Shown here: positions 46,772 through 57,292 of the stretch, in pieces
How the letters are laid out: every line of letters begins with the position of its first letter
How positions within the stretch are numbered: position 1 is the stretch's first letter
NCBI GenBank assembly: GCA_965267575.1
Contig: OZ254086.1
Location: 1,152,001 to 1,216,000, forward strand
DNA from: Calditrichales bacterium
Lineage (GTDB): Bacteria; Calditrichota; Calditrichia; Calditrichales; J004
DNA length: 64,000 nt
Direction: 5' to 3'
Program-made: the position numbers and the translations under genes
Notes under the pieces: model-generated
What the model saw: only the letters and a program-made list of their open reading frames with translations
Databases searched by the model: none
Told to the model about the DNA's origin: nothing

Positions 46772-49700
46772 CTATGCCGGCTCAGCCACTTTTTCCTCCG
46801 TATCCTGCGGTGTGTAGATCATGTAGAGCACAGGGACAACGACCAGCGTTAACACGGCCGAGAAGGCCAGTCCGCCAATGATGGCCCAGCCCATGGGCGC
46901 CCACAGTGTACCGCCGCCCAGTGTCAGCGGCAGCAAACCGCCAATCGTAGTCAGCGTGGTAAGGACGATGGGTACAAAGCGCGTTTGCCCGGCTTCTTTC
47001 AGTGCTTCCATCATGCCTTTGCCCCCGGCGCGCAGCTGATTAGTGTAGTCCACCAGGATGATTGAGTTGTTGATCACAATGCCCACCAGGCTGGTAAGCC
47101 CGACGCCGGCAGTAAAGGAAAAGGAAAACCCGGTCACCAGCAGCGCAAAAAAGGCGCCGGTAACTGCCAGCGGTATGGCCGAGAAAACGATCAGCGGCTG
47201 TACGAAAGAGCGGAACTGCAGCACCAGCACGCCAAAAATAGCCACCAGCGCGATCATCACCGCTTTCATCAGGCCGCCAAAAGACTCGCCTGTACTTTCC
47301 AGCTCGCCACCCACGTAAAAGCTGTAGCCGGCCGGCCAGTCGTACTGCTCCAGCTCGCCGATCACCGCCTGGGTTATTTCATTGGTGTTGTAGCCCTGCA
47401 TCACGTCGGACTTTACGGTCACGCTACGCTGTGTTTTAAAATGGCTGATCTCGCTGGGGCTTTTCTTAAAGCGGATATCGGCCACCTGGCGCAGCGGCAC
47501 CTGTTCGCCCTGGCTGTTCACCAGCGTTACCGCCTGCAGGCTCTCCATCCGGGCCGCGTCACGCTCGCGGGCCTGGCGCAGCACGATGTCGTAATCCTTG
47601 CCGTTTTTATCCTGGTAGCCGGATACCGCGATTCCAGCCAGCGCCGTGCGCACCGCACGGTCCACCTGCACCACGCTAAGGCCGCTTATGGCCGTACGCG
47701 CCGGATCGATCTTTACATCCAGGTCGGTGGCGGCCGTCAGCAGCGGGTTGTTTATGTTGATCGTGCCCTCCTGCGAGGCTATGATCTGCTCCACATCGCC
47801 GGCAATACGTTCAAGCACCGAGAGGTTTTCACCAAGCACCTTAATGGCTATGGGCGCTTCCACCGGCGGCCCCTGTTCAAACTCCTTTACCTCTATGCGC
47901 GCGCCCGGTATCTGCGCCGTTTGTTCACGCAGCTCGGTTAACAGGCGGGCCATCATTTCCATGTCGTCGTTTTTAAGGGTGACGTAGATCTGGGCAAAAG
48001 TAGGCGTTTCACGCTGTACCCAAATATTATAGTAGATTCGTGGATTGCTGTGGCCCACATTGCTGGTAAAACCGGCCACCTCTTCGCGGGCGGCAAGCAT
48101 TGCCTCAACTTCATTGGTGATCGCGTCCGTTTTCTCCAGGCTGTTGCCCTTTGGCAGAAAAATATTCACCATAAACTGCGGCTTTTCCGCCTTGGGGAAA
48201 AAACTCACGCCCACCAATGGGAAAATCGCCAGCGATACAATAAAGACGATCAAGGTGGCAATAATCACCCGGCCGCGATAACGCAGCGCCGTGTCCAGTG
48301 TTTTGCTGTAACGCTTATCGACGAATTCCTGCATAAAGGTCAGCGCTTTTTTGTCCTTCTTTTTCGGATCGGCTTTCAGAAAACGGCTGGAGAGATATGG
48401 TACAAGCGTCAGCGCAAGGAACAGCGAAGCGGTTAAAATATAGACCACGGTCACCGGCATACTGCGGATAAAATCGCCCGTGGTGCTGCCCAGCATCATC
48501 AGCGGCACAAAAGCCAGGATAGTTGTAACAGTAGAACTCACCACCGCCCATCCCACCTGGGAAACCCCTTTCACGGCGGCTTCAACCGGGCGCATCCCCT
48601 GGCGCATAAAGCGCTGGATGTTTTCCGTCACCACGATGGCGTTATCTACAAGCAGACCCAGCGCGATCACCATCGCCACAATGGACATCTGCTGCAGCGC
48701 GTAGCCGGTCAAATCCACAAAACCCACCGCAATTACAATCGACAACGGAATAGCCAGAGCGATGATAAGTGACATATTGAGCCCGAAGGCCAGGAAAATA
48801 ACCAGCCCGACCAGGATAACGCCCTGCCCCAGGTTTGAGAAAAAAACATTGAGCCGCTCGGCGACGCTTTCCGACTGGTCAAACACAATTTCCAGGCTGA
48901 TGCCCGCGGGCAGCGCTGCGATGAACTCTTCCAGAACGCTTTCCACGCCTTCGCGGATATCAAAAATGTTGGTACCTTTATTTTGCAGGATGGTTACAAA
49001 AACAGCGCGGGTGCCGTTGTGCCGGGCAATGTATTTCTGCTCCTCGTAGTCCAGACGCACACCGGCCACATCACGCAACAGAACAGGGTTCCCGGCGCGG
49101 GCATGTATCACCGTGTTTTCGATTTCCTCCAGGTTTTCATAAGAGCCGCTGGTGCGCACGTTGAACTTTTTGCCCTGCATGTTCACACTGCCCGCGGGGA
49201 TATTGGCGTTGCTGTACTGTATCGCTTCGATTACCTGTTGCAGCGGGATGCGCAATTCCGCCAGGCGCCGTAAGTCCAGATCGATAGTGACCTGCTGTTG
49301 CGGATTGGCAAAAATATCCGAGCGTTTTACGCCGGGTACGCGCTCCAGCTTTTTCTGTAAAATCTCGGCTTGTTGCTCCAACGTGCGGTAAGACGCGGAA
49401 TCAGACACGAGCGCCGTCTGCAGGATCTGCACATCGGAAATGCTCCATTTGATCACATCAAGCGCCAGCACTTCATCGGGCAGCTCTTCGCGGGCACGGT
49501 TTACTTTTTGTAAAACATCGCTGTATTTATCGTCGGGGTCGCTGCCGCTTGTAAACTCGATCTGCAGCACGGCCAACCCGTCATCAATGGAGGTATCAAA
49601 CTTTTTAATATCTTCCAGTTCGTTGATCGTTTCCTCCAGCGGGTCAACGACAAGGGTTTCCATATCCTCGGGACTGGCCCCCGGCATTACGATGATGACG

Positions 49701-49837
49701 GAGCTTCCCGGCGGCGATATCTGCGGGTCTTCCGAACGCGGCATGTTTAAAAAAGAAGCCACGCCGGATAGCACCAGCAAAACGGTCATGATCACCGTAA
49801 ACTGGTGATTCTCAATGGCAATTCGGGGTAGTTTCAT
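46772..49837 (-). CDS. RND efflux permease (AcrB/AcrD/AcrF family)
   Basis: ALGLLVDNAIVVTENI, GIVINNSIILVD, RFVPIVLTTLTT. Confidence 0.96.
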   Translation of the reverse strand: MKLPRIAIENHQFTVIMTVLLVLSGVASFLNMPRSEDPQISPPGSSVIIVMPGASPEDMETLVVDPLEETINELEDIKKFDTSIDDGLAVLQIEFTSGSDPDDKYSDVLQKVNRAREELPDEVLALDVIKWSISDVQILQTALVSDSASYRTLEQQAEILQKKLERVPGVKRSDIFANPQQQVTIDLDLRRLAELRIPLQQVIEAIQYSNANIPAGSVNMQGKKFNVRTSGSYENLEEIENTVIHARAGNPVLLRDVAGVRLDYEEQKYIARHNGTRAVFVTILQNKGTNIFDIREGVESVLEEFIAALPAGISLEIVFDQSESVAERLNVFFSNLGQGVILVGLVIFLAFGLNMSLIIALAIPLSIVIAVGFVDLTGYALQQMSIVAMVIALGLLVDNAIVVTENIQRFMRQGMRPVEAAVKGVSQVGWAVVSSTVTTILAFVPLMMLGSTTGDFIRSMPVTVVYILTASLFLALTLVPYLSSRFLKADPKKKDKKALTFMQEFVDKRYSKTLDTALRYRGRVIIATLIVFIVSLAIFPLVGVSFFPKAEKPQFMVNIFLPKGNSLEKTDAITNEVEAMLAAREEVAGFTSNVGHSNPRIYYNIWVQRETPTFAQIYVTLKNDDMEMMARLLTELREQTAQIPGARIEVKEFEQGPPVEAPIAIKVLGENLSVLERIAGDVEQIIASQEGTININNPLLTAATDLDVKIDPARTAISGLSVVQVDRAVRTALAGIAVSGYQDKNGKDYDIVLRQARERDAARMESLQAVTLVNSQGEQVPLRQVADIRFKKSPSEISHFKTQRSVTVKSDVMQGYNTNEITQAVIGELEQYDWPAGYSFYVGGELESTGESFGGLMKAVMIALVAIFGVLVLQFRSFVQPLIVFSAIPLAVTGAFFALLVTGFSFSFTAGVGLTSLVGIVINNSIILVDYTNQLRAGGKGMMEALKEAGQTRFVPIVLTTLTTIGGLLPLTLGGGTLWAPMGWAIIGGLAFSAVLTLVVVPVLYMIYTPQDTEEKVAEPA

Positions 49838-49884
49838 TCTGTTTTCCTTTTTTATCCTTCACCATGAAAGGCATAGCAGGTGAG

Positions 49885-49919
49885 ATATCCCGGTGTGGCT
49901 AGCCGCCAATCGGGATGAC
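49885..49919. repeat. Family II palindrome, near-copy of 18007-18042
   Basis: ATATCCCGGTGTGGCTAGCCGCCAATCGGGATGAC. Confidence 0.8.
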
Positions 49920-50024
49920 AATCTCAATCTTTTTCTTTTTCGTAATCATAATCTTTCTCACAGGTTTTAGGGACACATCCCCTAACCCTTTCACTTGCTG
50001 CAATGAAAGCGGCTTCGAAGTCGC

Positions 50025-51068
50025 TTACTCCACTACTTCAACCAGCTTGTTATCAGCCAGGTAAGCCGATCCGTCTGTTACTACAGTGCGCGGTAAGGCG
50101 CTGTTTTCACGAACGGCCACATAATCTTCCAGGATGTATTCAATTTCCACGGGGTGACGTTGGGCGCGGTTTTCCGGGCTCACACTGAAGACGTAACTGC
50201 TCATACCTTCGCTTTCTCCAAGGGCATTAACCGGGATCATCGAAAAATCGCTACCGCCTTGCGGATAAACACGGGCGTGCCCCACCAGTCCGGAAAGCAG
50301 ACGCGGTGTTTTGTCCTGCAACAGCATTTGTACTTCGTAAGTGCCGCTGGCCGGGTTGGGGCTGCCGGCGATTTCTGTTATATAGGCGCGGAAAGAGCGC
50401 CCGGGGATGGCATCCAGAAATACGCGCGCGGAATCACCGCGGCTCAGGCGCAATGCGTCCTTATCAGAAGCGCCAACCTTGAAGACCCAGTTTCCTTCTT
50501 TGCCGGCAAAAAGAAACAGCGGCGCGCCCGGAGAAGTCATTTCACCTTCCTCGGCCAATATCTTCAGTACCATGCCGTCGGAGGGCGCCTCAATGCGTGA
50601 ATGTTTTTCATTAAAGCGGGCAATATTCAGATCGGCCCGGGCTACCTCGACGGCCGTGCGCACATTTTGCAGCTGCTCCAATGTGGCAGCGCTGTCTTCG
50701 TACAATTTTTCCACACGTCGCAGATCGCGTTGTGCTTTTTCATAACCGCTTTCAGCCTGCACGCGATAGGCTTCGATTTCGGCCTGGTCCAGCCTGGCCA
50801 GAAGGTCACCTTTTTTTACAGAGACGCCTTCCACGACATCAATCCGGTCAATCAATCCACCGACTTTAAAGGCGAGCATGGCCTCACTTGCCGAAGCCAG
50901 TCTTCCGCTCACCTCAACGGGCACACTGATGGCGCGTTTTTGTACATCTGCCAGCCGCACTTTTACGGCCAGCTCTTTATTTTCCTGGGCGGCTTCACCG
51001 GAACAAGCTTGCGCAACAAAAAGCGCTGCCAGCAGCAAAAGGCCGCTTAGGATTGTTGACTTTGTCAT
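50025..51068 (-). CDS. RND efflux periplasmic adaptor (MFP), lipoprotein
   Basis: Lipobox AQAC; FKVGGLI...VKKGDLLARLD; IEAPSDG. Confidence 0.93.
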   Translation of the reverse strand: MTKSTILSGLLLLAALFVAQACSGEAAQENKELAVKVRLADVQKRAISVPVEVSGRLASASEAMLAFKVGGLIDRIDVVEGVSVKKGDLLARLDQAEIEAYRVQAESGYEKAQRDLRRVEKLYEDSAATLEQLQNVRTAVEVARADLNIARFNEKHSRIEAPSDGMVLKILAEEGEMTSPGAPLFLFAGKEGNWVFKVGASDKDALRLSRGDSARVFLDAIPGRSFRAYITEIAGSPNPASGTYEVQMLLQDKTPRLLSGLVGHARVYPQGGSDFSMIPVNALGESEGMSSYVFSVSPENRAQRHPVEIEYILEDYVAVRENSALPRTVVTDGSAYLADNKLVEVVE

Positions 51069-51140
51069 TTTAAATTCTCCTCTTTTCACCATAAAACTTC
51101 ATGATCCTGATCTTGCTCTCATGCCCTTAGGGTATCCGAA

Positions 51141-52511
51141 TCATTCCTTCACATAATCTTCGCTCGCCAGAACGCGCTGCAATTCGGCCTCGCGCATGTG
51201 GTAATCATAACGCGCCACCACAAGGTCGATGTCCGCGCGGGTCATGGCGTTGCGGGCATCGAGGTATTCGATGTGCGGCGCTACCCCCTGCTCATATCTT
51301 TTATTTACAATCTGGAACGATTCACGGGCGGCCAGCGCCTGCTGCCTGGCGCTCTCCAGGTTTTTGCGGCCCACATCCACGGCCAGCCAGGCGTCGCGTA
51401 CCTGCAAACGAATCTGCATGCGCAGCGCCTGCAACTGACTCTCCAGGCGCCGCGCTTCTATTTCGGCATGTTCTTTTTTGGCCGCGTCGCCAAAGCCGTT
51501 AAACAAGTTCCAGCTCAACAGGGCGTTGGCCATCCAGTAATCATCTTCAGCGGTGAAGGCGTATTCTTCACCCTGGAAACCGTAATCCACAACCACGTTT
51601 ACGTTGGGCAAATAGGCGCTGCCGGCTATTTTACCGACCCGCCGCGAGGCGGAAACAGCATAGTCCAGCTGCTGTAATTCGGGACGCATTTTCAGGGCCA
51701 GGGCCTCGGCATCCTCCAGTTCCAGCAGAGAAAGCGGATCGAGATAGCCGCCGGCTTCAACCACCTCAATGGGCTCATCCAAGTCGCGGTTCAGCAGAAA
51801 GTTGACATAACTGGCCGCCAGTGTTTTTTGCCGTTGGGCGTCACTGCGCTGCTGCACAATTTTTAAGCGTTCGGAACGCGCCCGTAAGACCGCGTCGCGT
51901 GTCACCATGTCATTCTGGAACAGCGACTCGCTGACACGAATATTTTCCAAAAGCAGCGTGTCGGTTTCTGCCAAAACTTCATTCAATTTTAGACTTTGCA
52001 GATAACGCAGGTAAGCCTTTTTAACCTCTGCTGCCAGCTCTGTTTTGTAGGCGGCCACGGCGGCGCTGTCACTGCGGCTTAAATCGCTTTTTAGTTTGTA
52101 ATTGTGATAAATGGCGGGCTGGAAAACGGGCTGCACCAGGCGCAGCTTTGTATCGTGCTCTTCCTCGCGCAAAAATGGAAACGACACATTTTCGATTTGC
52201 GGAAAACGTTGCTGCCCCGTGAGATCATTCAGGGTTGCATAAACGCCGTTTAGTAAATCGCCAAGCGGAAATTCTATCTGTCGCCCGCCACCGGCACGTG
52301 AGTAACGCGCTTCTATTGAAAGTGACGGCATAAACATGGAGCGGGCCTCATCAAGGGCGGCCATGCTTTTGGCATAGGAAAATTCTTTTTGCTGCAACGC
52401 CAGGTTGTTGCTATATGCTTCGCTTACATATTGTTGAAGCACGTCATTCAGCGCGTCGGCCTGCACGGATACAGCGCCCAGCAACGAAACGATCAGAATA
52501 AGCTTTTTCAT
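51141..52511 (-). CDS. TolC-family outer-membrane efflux protein
   Basis: Signal peptide; ALKMRPEL, WNLFNGF, RYEQG...EYLDA. Confidence 0.93.
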   Translation of the reverse strand: MKKLILIVSLLGAVSVQADALNDVLQQYVSEAYSNNLALQQKEFSYAKSMAALDEARSMFMPSLSIEARYSRAGGGRQIEFPLGDLLNGVYATLNDLTGQQRFPQIENVSFPFLREEEHDTKLRLVQPVFQPAIYHNYKLKSDLSRSDSAAVAAYKTELAAEVKKAYLRYLQSLKLNEVLAETDTLLLENIRVSESLFQNDMVTRDAVLRARSERLKIVQQRSDAQRQKTLAASYVNFLLNRDLDEPIEVVEAGGYLDPLSLLELEDAEALALKMRPELQQLDYAVSASRRVGKIAGSAYLPNVNVVVDYGFQGEEYAFTAEDDYWMANALLSWNLFNGFGDAAKKEHAEIEARRLESQLQALRMQIRLQVRDAWLAVDVGRKNLESARQQALAARESFQIVNKRYEQGVAPHIEYLDARNAMTRADIDLVVARYDYHMREAELQRVLASEDYVKE

Positions 52512-53146
52512 TTGGAATCCCCTGTTTTGGATGTAAGACTGCGCATTTGAAAATCGAGCGTATGTTCCAGGAGTGCTTCAATATCCATATTGAAATGTTC
52601 GCTGAGGTAATCGCCCTTGCCGTACGCCACCTGCAAAATGCCGGTGTTTTGACCCCACAGCATAACGGCCGTTTCCATGGGATCCAGGTCTTTACGGATT
52701 GTCCCGTCCTCATGGCCATGGGCGATGGCTTTGGCCACCACTTCAAGCGCGCGGGCGCCATTCTCATCGGCTTCTGTGCTGGACACATCGTCTCCGTGAG
52801 CTTCGCATACAAGCATCACGTCAAAGTAGTTTTTGTAAGCACGGTAAAAATGATGGTAGGCTTCGCCGATGCGCCGCGCCCGTTCCGCACCGCTCCCCCC
52901 TTCGTCATAAGCTTTTTGAAAAAGATCGGCCAAAATCTTCAGTCCGCGGGCGTTAATAGCGGCATACAAATCATCTTTATTTTTGAAATAGAGATAAAGA
53001 GTGCCTTTGCTGAATTCAGCTTCTTCCGCCACTTCATCCATGGTTGTGGTATCAAATCCCTTGCTGAAAAAAAGTGTCTCCGCGGCATCAATAATTGAAT
53101 TGCGGCGCTGCTGTTTTTCCCGTTCGCGTCTTTCCGTTGTCCCCAA
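52508..53146 (-). CDS. TetR/AcrR-family regulator
   Basis: AAETLFFSKGFDTTTMDEVAEEAEFSKGTLYLYFKNK; TTG start. Confidence 0.95.
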   Translation of the reverse strand: MGTTERREREKQQRRNSIIDAAETLFFSKGFDTTTMDEVAEEAEFSKGTLYLYFKNKDDLYAAINARGLKILADLFQKAYDEGGSGAERARRIGEAYHHFYRAYKNYFDVMLVCEAHGDDVSSTEADENGARALEVVAKAIAHGHEDGTIRKDLDPMETAVMLWGQNTGILQVAYGKGDYLSEHFNMDIEALLEHTLDFQMRSLTSKTGDSK

Positions 53147-53165
53147 AACTAAACTCCGTTTTATT

Positions 53166-53223
53166 TACTGACTAAAGGTCATTTACTGGGCAAGAGTATA
53201 TATATTAAAATTTCATAAAGCAA
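53166..53223 (-). promoter_or_regulatory. Sigma70 promoter with downstream palindromic operator for the TetR-efflux operon
   Basis: Minus strand TTGCTT-N17-TATACT (53223-53195); TGAC-N5-GTCA at 53169-53181. Confidence 0.6.
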
Positions 53224-53315
53224 GTCTAAAATAAAAAATGCTAAAAACAGTGCGTATTAGTGTTTGTTTAGTCTGGTCAATTTGAATAGATTGCCCCTTT
53301 TTCAACAGGGAGGAA

Positions 53316-54128
53316 TTGCGCGTGGATCTTATTAAATCGATCGTTTTGGGACTTGTACAGGGATTGTCTGAATTCTTACCGATTTCCAGCTCGGGTCACC
53401 TGGTTATTTTTGCCGAGATCCTGGATTTTCACGAAGAGGGTATCGCTTTTGAGGTATTCGTTCATTTTGGAACGCTTATGTCTATCCTGCTGGCTTTCCG
53501 CTACGAGCTGGCGCGGATGATCGCAGCCCCCTGGCAGGTGTGGGTAAAAAAAAGCAGTGATGCCGAAATGCAGACTTTTCTAAAATGGGATCTATACGTT
53601 ATTGTGGCCACCATCCCGGCCGGCGTTATCGGCTTAACACTAAAAGACCCGATCGAAGCCCTTTTTTCCAATGTGCTGCTGGTATTCTTCATGCTGATGA
53701 TAACGGGCACGCTGATGTACCTGAGTCGCTTTATGAAAAACAAAAACACACCGTTGGGATATTTTAATGCTTTTATTATCGGAATTGCCCAGGCCTTTGC
53801 GATTCTTCCGGGTATATCGCGCAGCGGCAGCACTATTTTTACCGGTATCGCCATGGGCATCGAGCGCGAAAAAGTGGCGCGCTTTTCCTTCATCATGTCC
53901 ATACCGGCAATTTTTGGCGCCGTCATTCTAAAACTGAACGACCTGATGGGCGTGCCGATCACAGGCGGCCAAATGATCAATTACGCCGCCGGAACGCTGG
54001 TGGCTTTTATCTCTGGCTATCTGGCTATCATTTGGTTGCTGGACATTGTTAAGCGTGGTAAACTTCAATGGTTCGGCTATTATTGTTATCTTGTCGCATT
54101 AATCGGATTCACCTGGTTCTGGATGTAG
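53316..54128 (+). CDS. uppP: Undecaprenyl-diphosphate phosphatase (BacA)
   Basis: GLVQGLSEFLPISSSGH, PGISRSGST, RFSFIMSIP. Confidence 0.96.
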   Translation: MRVDLIKSIVLGLVQGLSEFLPISSSGHLVIFAEILDFHEEGIAFEVFVHFGTLMSILLAFRYELARMIAAPWQVWVKKSSDAEMQTFLKWDLYVIVATIPAGVIGLTLKDPIEALFSNVLLVFFMLMITGTLMYLSRFMKNKNTPLGYFNAFIIGIAQAFAILPGISRSGSTIFTGIAMGIEREKVARFSFIMSIPAIFGAVILKLNDLMGVPITGGQMINYAAGTLVAFISGYLAIIWLLDIVKRGKLQWFGYYCYLVALIGFTWFWM

Positions 54129-54132
54129 GCTT

Positions 54133-55587
54133 ATGAGTAACATAAAAAGAGAGCTTTTCACCTCCCGGTTCGGGTTTATTGCAGCTACACTGGGTATGGC
54201 AATCGGCGCCGGAAACATCTGGCGTTTTCCGCGTTTGGCGGGCCAGTACGGCGGTTCTTTCCTGATTACCTGGCTGATCTTTTTGCTACTGTGGTCTATC
54301 CCTCTGCTCATTGCTGAGTATGCCGTAGGCCGCAAGGAGCGCACCGGCGTTATCGGGGCGTTTAAACGTACCATGGGAGAAAAATTTGTCTGGATGGGCT
54401 GGTTTGTCGCCTTCTGTACAAGTGCCATCATGTTTTATTACTCCGTGGTCTGCGGCTGGGCCCTTAAATACTTCAGCGTGGCGGCCAGCGGTCAGCTTAC
54501 CGAGATTGATCACAGCGCATTTTGGGTCAGTTTCACGTCCGGCGCTCAGCCCGCCTTTTTTATGATTTTAGCACTGCTGGTCGGTGCTGGGTTTATTTAC
54601 CTGGGTATTGTCAAAGGCGTGGAGCGTTTCTCAAAGATCATCATTCCGACACTCTATGGTCTTATGATTATATCCGCATTCAAGGCGCTTAGCCTGGAAG
54701 GCGCCGGTCTTGGACTGGATTACTTTTTCTCGTTCGACAGTCATTCATTATGGGATTACAAAATTTGGCTGGAAGGGCTTTCACAATCGGCCTGGTCTAC
54801 CGGGGCAGGCTGGGGGCTGATCCTAACCTATGCCGTATATTCACGCAGTAAAGAATCCATTATTGGTAATGTTTTCCTTACCGGCATCGGCAACAATCTC
54901 GCTTCTTTACTGGCGGGTTTGGTTATCATCCCCACAGTATTTGCCCTAAGCGCGACAACGCAGCAGGCAAACGAGCTTTTAGCCGTTGGCAACCAGGGGC
55001 TGGCATTTATCGCCATACCTGAACTTTTTAGCAAAATGGTTGGCGGCAACCTGTTTGGTACGATATTCTTCCTGTCATTGTTTTTTGCAGCACTCTCCAG
55101 CCTGCTGGCCATGATTGAACTGGCTTCATGCGTTTTGATCGATTTTGGCATCAATCGCAAAAAGGCGGTTGTCATTGTCGTTATAGTCGCTGTCGTTTTG
55201 GGCCTGCCTTCCGCCCTTTCACTGGATATTTTCAACAACCAGGATTGGGTGTGGGGCGTAGGACTGATTGTCAGCGGCTTTATGTTTAATCTGCTGGTTA
55301 TCAAAATAGGTCCGGTGCGTTTTGTAAAAGAATGGCTGCAACCGCAAAAAAATGAGGCCTTTATCGCCTTTAGCTTTAAAATTCTTTTCTATATCGTTAT
55401 ACCTCTGGAATTTGTTGTTATGCTGGGCTGGTGGCTATACCAGGCGGCAACCACATTTTCCGTTTCTGCCTGGGATCCGTTTGAGACCTACAGCCTAGGA
55501 ACCACGCTCTTACAGTGGGCAATTATATTGCTTGTCGGTTTCGCGCTTAACAAAAAGATGTCCAAGTTACTGGAAAGAGGCGCATGA
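54133..55587 (+). CDS. Sodium-dependent transporter (NSS/SNF family)
   Basis: GMAIGAGNIWRFPR; FFAALSS. Confidence 0.94.
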   Translation: MSNIKRELFTSRFGFIAATLGMAIGAGNIWRFPRLAGQYGGSFLITWLIFLLLWSIPLLIAEYAVGRKERTGVIGAFKRTMGEKFVWMGWFVAFCTSAIMFYYSVVCGWALKYFSVAASGQLTEIDHSAFWVSFTSGAQPAFFMILALLVGAGFIYLGIVKGVERFSKIIIPTLYGLMIISAFKALSLEGAGLGLDYFFSFDSHSLWDYKIWLEGLSQSAWSTGAGWGLILTYAVYSRSKESIIGNVFLTGIGNNLASLLAGLVIIPTVFALSATTQQANELLAVGNQGLAFIAIPELFSKMVGGNLFGTIFFLSLFFAALSSLLAMIELASCVLIDFGINRKKAVVIVVIVAVVLGLPSALSLDIFNNQDWVWGVGLIVSGFMFNLLVIKIGPVRFVKEWLQPQKNEAFIAFSFKILFYIVIPLEFVVMLGWWLYQAATTFSVSAWDPFETYSLGTTLLQWAIILLVGFALNKKMSKLLERGA

Positions 55588-56579
55588 TCCACGCCCAAGA
55601 TATTATTGGCAAAATAGCAAGCGGCGATGTAAGCCCGGTTTACCTTCTTATCGGCAAGGAAAAATTTTTTCATGATCAGGTTATCCAGGCCATGACGCAG
55701 CGTTTGCTGCCCGATGCGTCGTCACGCAGTCTCAACCTCTACCTGCTTTACGGCGGTGAGAACAGTCTGCCGGAGGTGGTAAATGCTGCGCAGTCGCGGC
55801 CGATGCTTGCCGACAAAAAGCTGGTTATTGTGCGTGATTTTAACCGTATGCGCTCCGCTGACAGCGAACCGTTTATTAAATACCTGGAGAACCCGCAGCC
55901 TTATACGGTACTTGTAATGGCCGCAGAAGAGCTTGGTGCCGGCAATGTTAACAAAGCCGCGCGCAAACAAGCCCTGGAAGTAGAGTGCAAGCCGCTCTCC
56001 GAGCAAAAGGTGGCCTCGTGGATCCGCAGCCGCGCAAAAGGCAAAAAAGTCCCGTTGGATGAAAGTGCCTGCGAGGCGTTGGCCGAGCTAACCGGCAACA
56101 ACCTGCTAACCATCGATCACGAACTGGAAAAGCTGGCCAGTTTTATGGCCGGAGCCGAAACGATCAGCGCCGATGATGTTGCCCGTTTAAGCGGTCTTTC
56201 CGCTGAGTACAACGTTTTTAATTTGCAGCGCACCCTCTCCCTGCGCGATATAAAAAAAAGCTATGTTATCATCAAACGCCTTATAGAGGCCGGCGATAAT
56301 ATTCATATGATCATGGCTGTTTTATTTGCCCATTTCCGGAAAACGCTGCTGGTTAGCCGCATGCTGGAAAAAAATGAAAGCCCGGCGGCGATCAAGCAAA
56401 CATTAAAAATGGGCGACTACCAGTTACGCCAGGTTATGCAGACAAAGCAGAAATTTTCCGTCGACGCAATCGAAAACGTTATATCTTTCTTACAGTCATT
56501 GGATAAAGAGCTTAAAAGCAGTTCGCTTAAAGACGAATATGCAGCGCAGAGTTTGTGTTACAATATTTGCACGGCGTAA
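55584..56579 (+). CDS. holA: DNA polymerase III subunit delta
   Basis: PVYLLIGKEKF, PMLADKKLVIV, ELEKL, YNVFNL, DKELKSS. Confidence 0.92.
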   Translation: MIHAQDIIGKIASGDVSPVYLLIGKEKFFHDQVIQAMTQRLLPDASSRSLNLYLLYGGENSLPEVVNAAQSRPMLADKKLVIVRDFNRMRSADSEPFIKYLENPQPYTVLVMAAEELGAGNVNKAARKQALEVECKPLSEQKVASWIRSRAKGKKVPLDESACEALAELTGNNLLTIDHELEKLASFMAGAETISADDVARLSGLSAEYNVFNLQRTLSLRDIKKSYVIIKRLIEAGDNIHMIMAVLFAHFRKTLLVSRMLEKNESPAAIKQTLKMGDYQLRQVMQTKQKFSVDAIENVISFLQSLDKELKSSSLKDEYAAQSLCYNICTA

Positions 56580-56614
56580 TCACTTCTTAGTATTTTCTTT
56601 TTATTAAAAAAGTG

Positions 56615-56640
56615 GGAACACCACAAAACATGTAATGTTA
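56615..56640 (+). promoter_or_regulatory. Candidate autoregulatory ECF promoter
   Basis: GGAAC-N16-TGTTA, ending 16 nt upstream of the ECF sigma start. Confidence 0.5.
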
Positions 56641-56656
56641 AAATAGCGATTTTTTA

Positions 56657-57277
56657 ATGACCGAAAAGGAAAAGACAGACACCGGTCTTCAAAAAGGTGT
56701 TGAACCAACGGATGAAGTATTAATCGCCCGTTTTCAGGATGGCGATGAATATGCCTTTAATTTGCTTGTAAAGCGATATAAAGACCCGTTGATGAATTTT
56801 GTATTTCGATTTGTCGGCAACAGGACCGATGCGGAGGATATCGTGCAGGAAACGTTTTTGCGCCTGTATAAAAACAAACACTATTATAAAGAGATTGCCA
56901 AATTCTCTACCTGGATCTACACGATTGCCGGAAACCTTGCCAAAACAGAGCTGCGCAAAAGAAAGCGTCGCAATATGTTTTCCATCAACAACTTTATGCA
57001 GACCGACAAAGACTATGACCTGCCGGACAAAGGCGTTACCCCGGACAGACACGCCAATACCATTATCACCGATAACATTATTCAGGGTGCGATCGACAAG
57101 CTCTCCCCAAAATTCAGACAGGTTATTCTGCTCAGGGATGTTCAGGGTTTCTCTTACGAAGAGATATCTCAGATTGTTGATATTCCGCTTGGTACGGTTA
57201 AATCCCGCGTAAACCGGGCACGCCTGAGACTTCAGCAGGAATTGAAAAAAGTAATGAAAGATGTAACCGAACAATAA
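56657..57277 (+). CDS. ECF sigma factor (RpoE/SigW-like)
   Basis: DAEDIVQETF, KFSTWIYTIA, FSYEEISQIVDIPLGTVKSRVNRAR. Confidence 0.95.
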   Translation: MTEKEKTDTGLQKGVEPTDEVLIARFQDGDEYAFNLLVKRYKDPLMNFVFRFVGNRTDAEDIVQETFLRLYKNKHYYKEIAKFSTWIYTIAGNLAKTELRKRKRRNMFSINNFMQTDKDYDLPDKGVTPDRHANTIITDNIIQGAIDKLSPKFRQVILLRDVQGFSYEEISQIVDIPLGTVKSRVNRARLRLQQELKKVMKDVTEQ

Positions 57278-57292
57278 AAAGGTCTTTCGCCT

